DNA from: a virus
Lineage: Duplodnaviria > Caudoviricetes
Strand: one strand, 5' to 3'
Virus record (IMG/VR): IMGVR_UViG_3300049793_000080
Span: 1 to 62,550 of that record
DNA: 62,550 nt
Below are positions 61,418 to 62,550 of this stretch, one piece after another. The notes under the pieces were generated by a model. It saw only the letters and a program-made list of their open reading frames with translations. It ran no database searches and was not told where the DNA came from. The position numbers and the translations under genes are program-made. Position 1 is the first letter of the stretch. Each line of letters starts with the position of its first letter.

Positions 61418-62550
61418 GCGTCTCCTTCGATTTCGTTGATCAATGTCTCCACCTCGCCGGCCAGCTCATTGCCGTCCTCGGCCAGTGCCGCGCACGCGCG
61501 CACGAGCATGTCGAACATGCGCGGCGCGGCGGCCTGCATGCGCACCAGCTGCTGCGTCTCGGCCTGCTTGCGCTCCGTCTCGATGCGCCGGGCTTCGGCT
61601 TCCTCGGCCTCGCGCTGCTCGCGGGCGACGGCTTCGCGCTGGGCGGCGCCAACAGCATCCAGCACGGCGAGGTGCAGCGCCAGGGCTTCCTGCAGCCGGT
61701 CGCCGTAATACTCCTCGGTCAGCGGTTCATCGTTCAGCGCCTCGATGCGGTCAACAAAGAATTGCGCGCTGGCATCCGGCTCCCAGTTGCCATAGGCCGC
61801 GAGGTTGTTCAGGTTCACCTGGATCTGCGCGGCGACAGCTTGCTTGCGCTCCTCGGCTTCGCGGGCCACGGCCGCATCGAACACCGCGCGCAGCCGCTCG
61901 AGGGCTCCGGCCCTGGCGGCTTCGGCCTCGGCCACCCTGTCGTCGTACTGGCCGTGGTAGAGCAACGTATCTTGCAGCGTGCGAAGATATATCTCGATGT
62001 CCGCCGATGCTGCCATGTAGCTGAAAGCCGCGCCGTAGTTGGCCAGCGCGTCGATGCGCGCCTGCACCGCCTCCTTGCGCTCTTGAATCGCGCGCTCCTG
62101 CTGCTCGCGCTGCGCGTTCAGCGCTAGCTGCTGCAGCGCCATCTCGTTGCGCTGGCGCTGCAACTCGGCGGCCTGTTCGCCCAGCAGCTTCTGCTGGGCG
62201 GCCTGCTGCTCGCGAAACTGCGCTTGCCGCGTGCGCTCCTGCTCCAGCTCCATGCGTTCAGCCGCATCTATCCGTTCGGCCACCAGCATGCCATTGAGCT
62301 GGCGCAGCGCTTCGTCCTTGGCCTGCTGCGCCTGCCCTTGGTACTCCTCCCACTGTTCGTCAATGGCGATGGCTTCCACCGCCGCGATGCGGCCTTCCAG
62401 CCCGGCCACGTCCAGCCCCATGGCGTTGGTCACGTTCAGCGCGATGGCCGTCACGCCGTCCTGGTGCATCTGCTTGCGCTCGGCCTCCACGCGGTCGGAT
62501 TCGTCCTTGGCGTCTTTCTTGCGCTTGTCCTCGGCGTCGAGTTGCTCCTG
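61414..62550 (-). CDS. C-terminal part of the 495-aa coiled-coil protein starting at 478
   Basis: E/Q/A/R-rich; frame open to the window end. Confidence 0.85.
   Translation of the reverse strand, partial: QEQLDAEDKRKKDAKDESDRVEAERKQMHQDGVTAIALNVTNAMGLDVAGLEGRIAAVEAIAIDEQWEEYQGQAQQAKDEALRQLNGMLVAERIDAAERMELEQERTRQAQFREQQAAQQKLLGEQAAELQRQRNEMALQQLALNAQREQQERAIQERKEAVQARIDALANYGAAFSYMAASADIEIYLRTLQDTLLYHGQYDDRVAEAEAARAGALERLRAVFDAAVAREAEERKQAVAAQIQVNLNNLAAYGNWEPDASAQFFVDRIEALNDEPLTEEYYGDRLQEALALHLAVLDAVGAAQREAVAREQREAEEAEARRIETERKQAETQQLVRMQAAAPRMFDMLVRACAALAEDGNELAGEVETLINEIEGDA
62424..62550. repeat. Exact direct repeat of 1-127
   Basis: 127 identical nt. Confidence 0.97.

Noticed and set aside
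62424-62550. 127-bp repeat as a biological terminal repeat
   Set aside because: It lies mid-gene and 127 is a common assembler k-mer length; a P22-like terminase suggests circular permutation
1-62550. CRISPR array, rRNA, IS element or intein
   Set aside because: No spaced repeats, rRNA-like sequence, transposase motifs or intein splice motifs were noticed

Overview
The window is an apparently complete circular dsDNA phage genome of 62,423 bp: bases 1-127 equal 62424-62550, and one minus-strand gene reads through the join. It is GC-rich and podovirus-like. Gene content resembles Bcep22/BcepIL02-type Burkholderiales podophages (inference): P22-like terminase, portal, N4-gp56-type capsid, a 4,418-aa DarB-like methyltransferase/helicase protein, an acyl carrier protein and a RecE-type nuclease. 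A divergent promoter pair at ~1.1-1.2 kb drives two arms. The leftward arm runs from 1.1 kb through the join to 51.7 kb and carries ACP, recombination, DUF2303, HNH, ASCH and accessory genes. The rightward arm carries a Cro-like HTH, replication initiator and loader, RusA, an anti-defence-like cluster (6.9-8.8 kb), accessory genes, morphogenesis genes (14-49 kb) and a lysis cassette (49.6-51.6 kb). I recognised no integrase, CI-like repressor, DNA polymerase, tRNA or CRISPR array. The most striking observation is a 117-aa gene (8492-8845) next to Tad2-like and gp49/RyR genes. It joins a twin-arginine-like leader to four short motifs matching conserved segments of this phage's own capsid (twice), large terminase and portal, which suggests a multi-PAMP decoy against bacterial pattern-recognition defences. 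Other highlights are two genes nested in DarB linkers, a candidate anti-Shine-Dalgarno sRNA beside the lysis promoter, a structured leader before the replication gene, a stand-alone FtsK-gamma domain, and an HNH insertion that duplicated its host gene's start. All family calls come from motif recognition by eye, not database searches.
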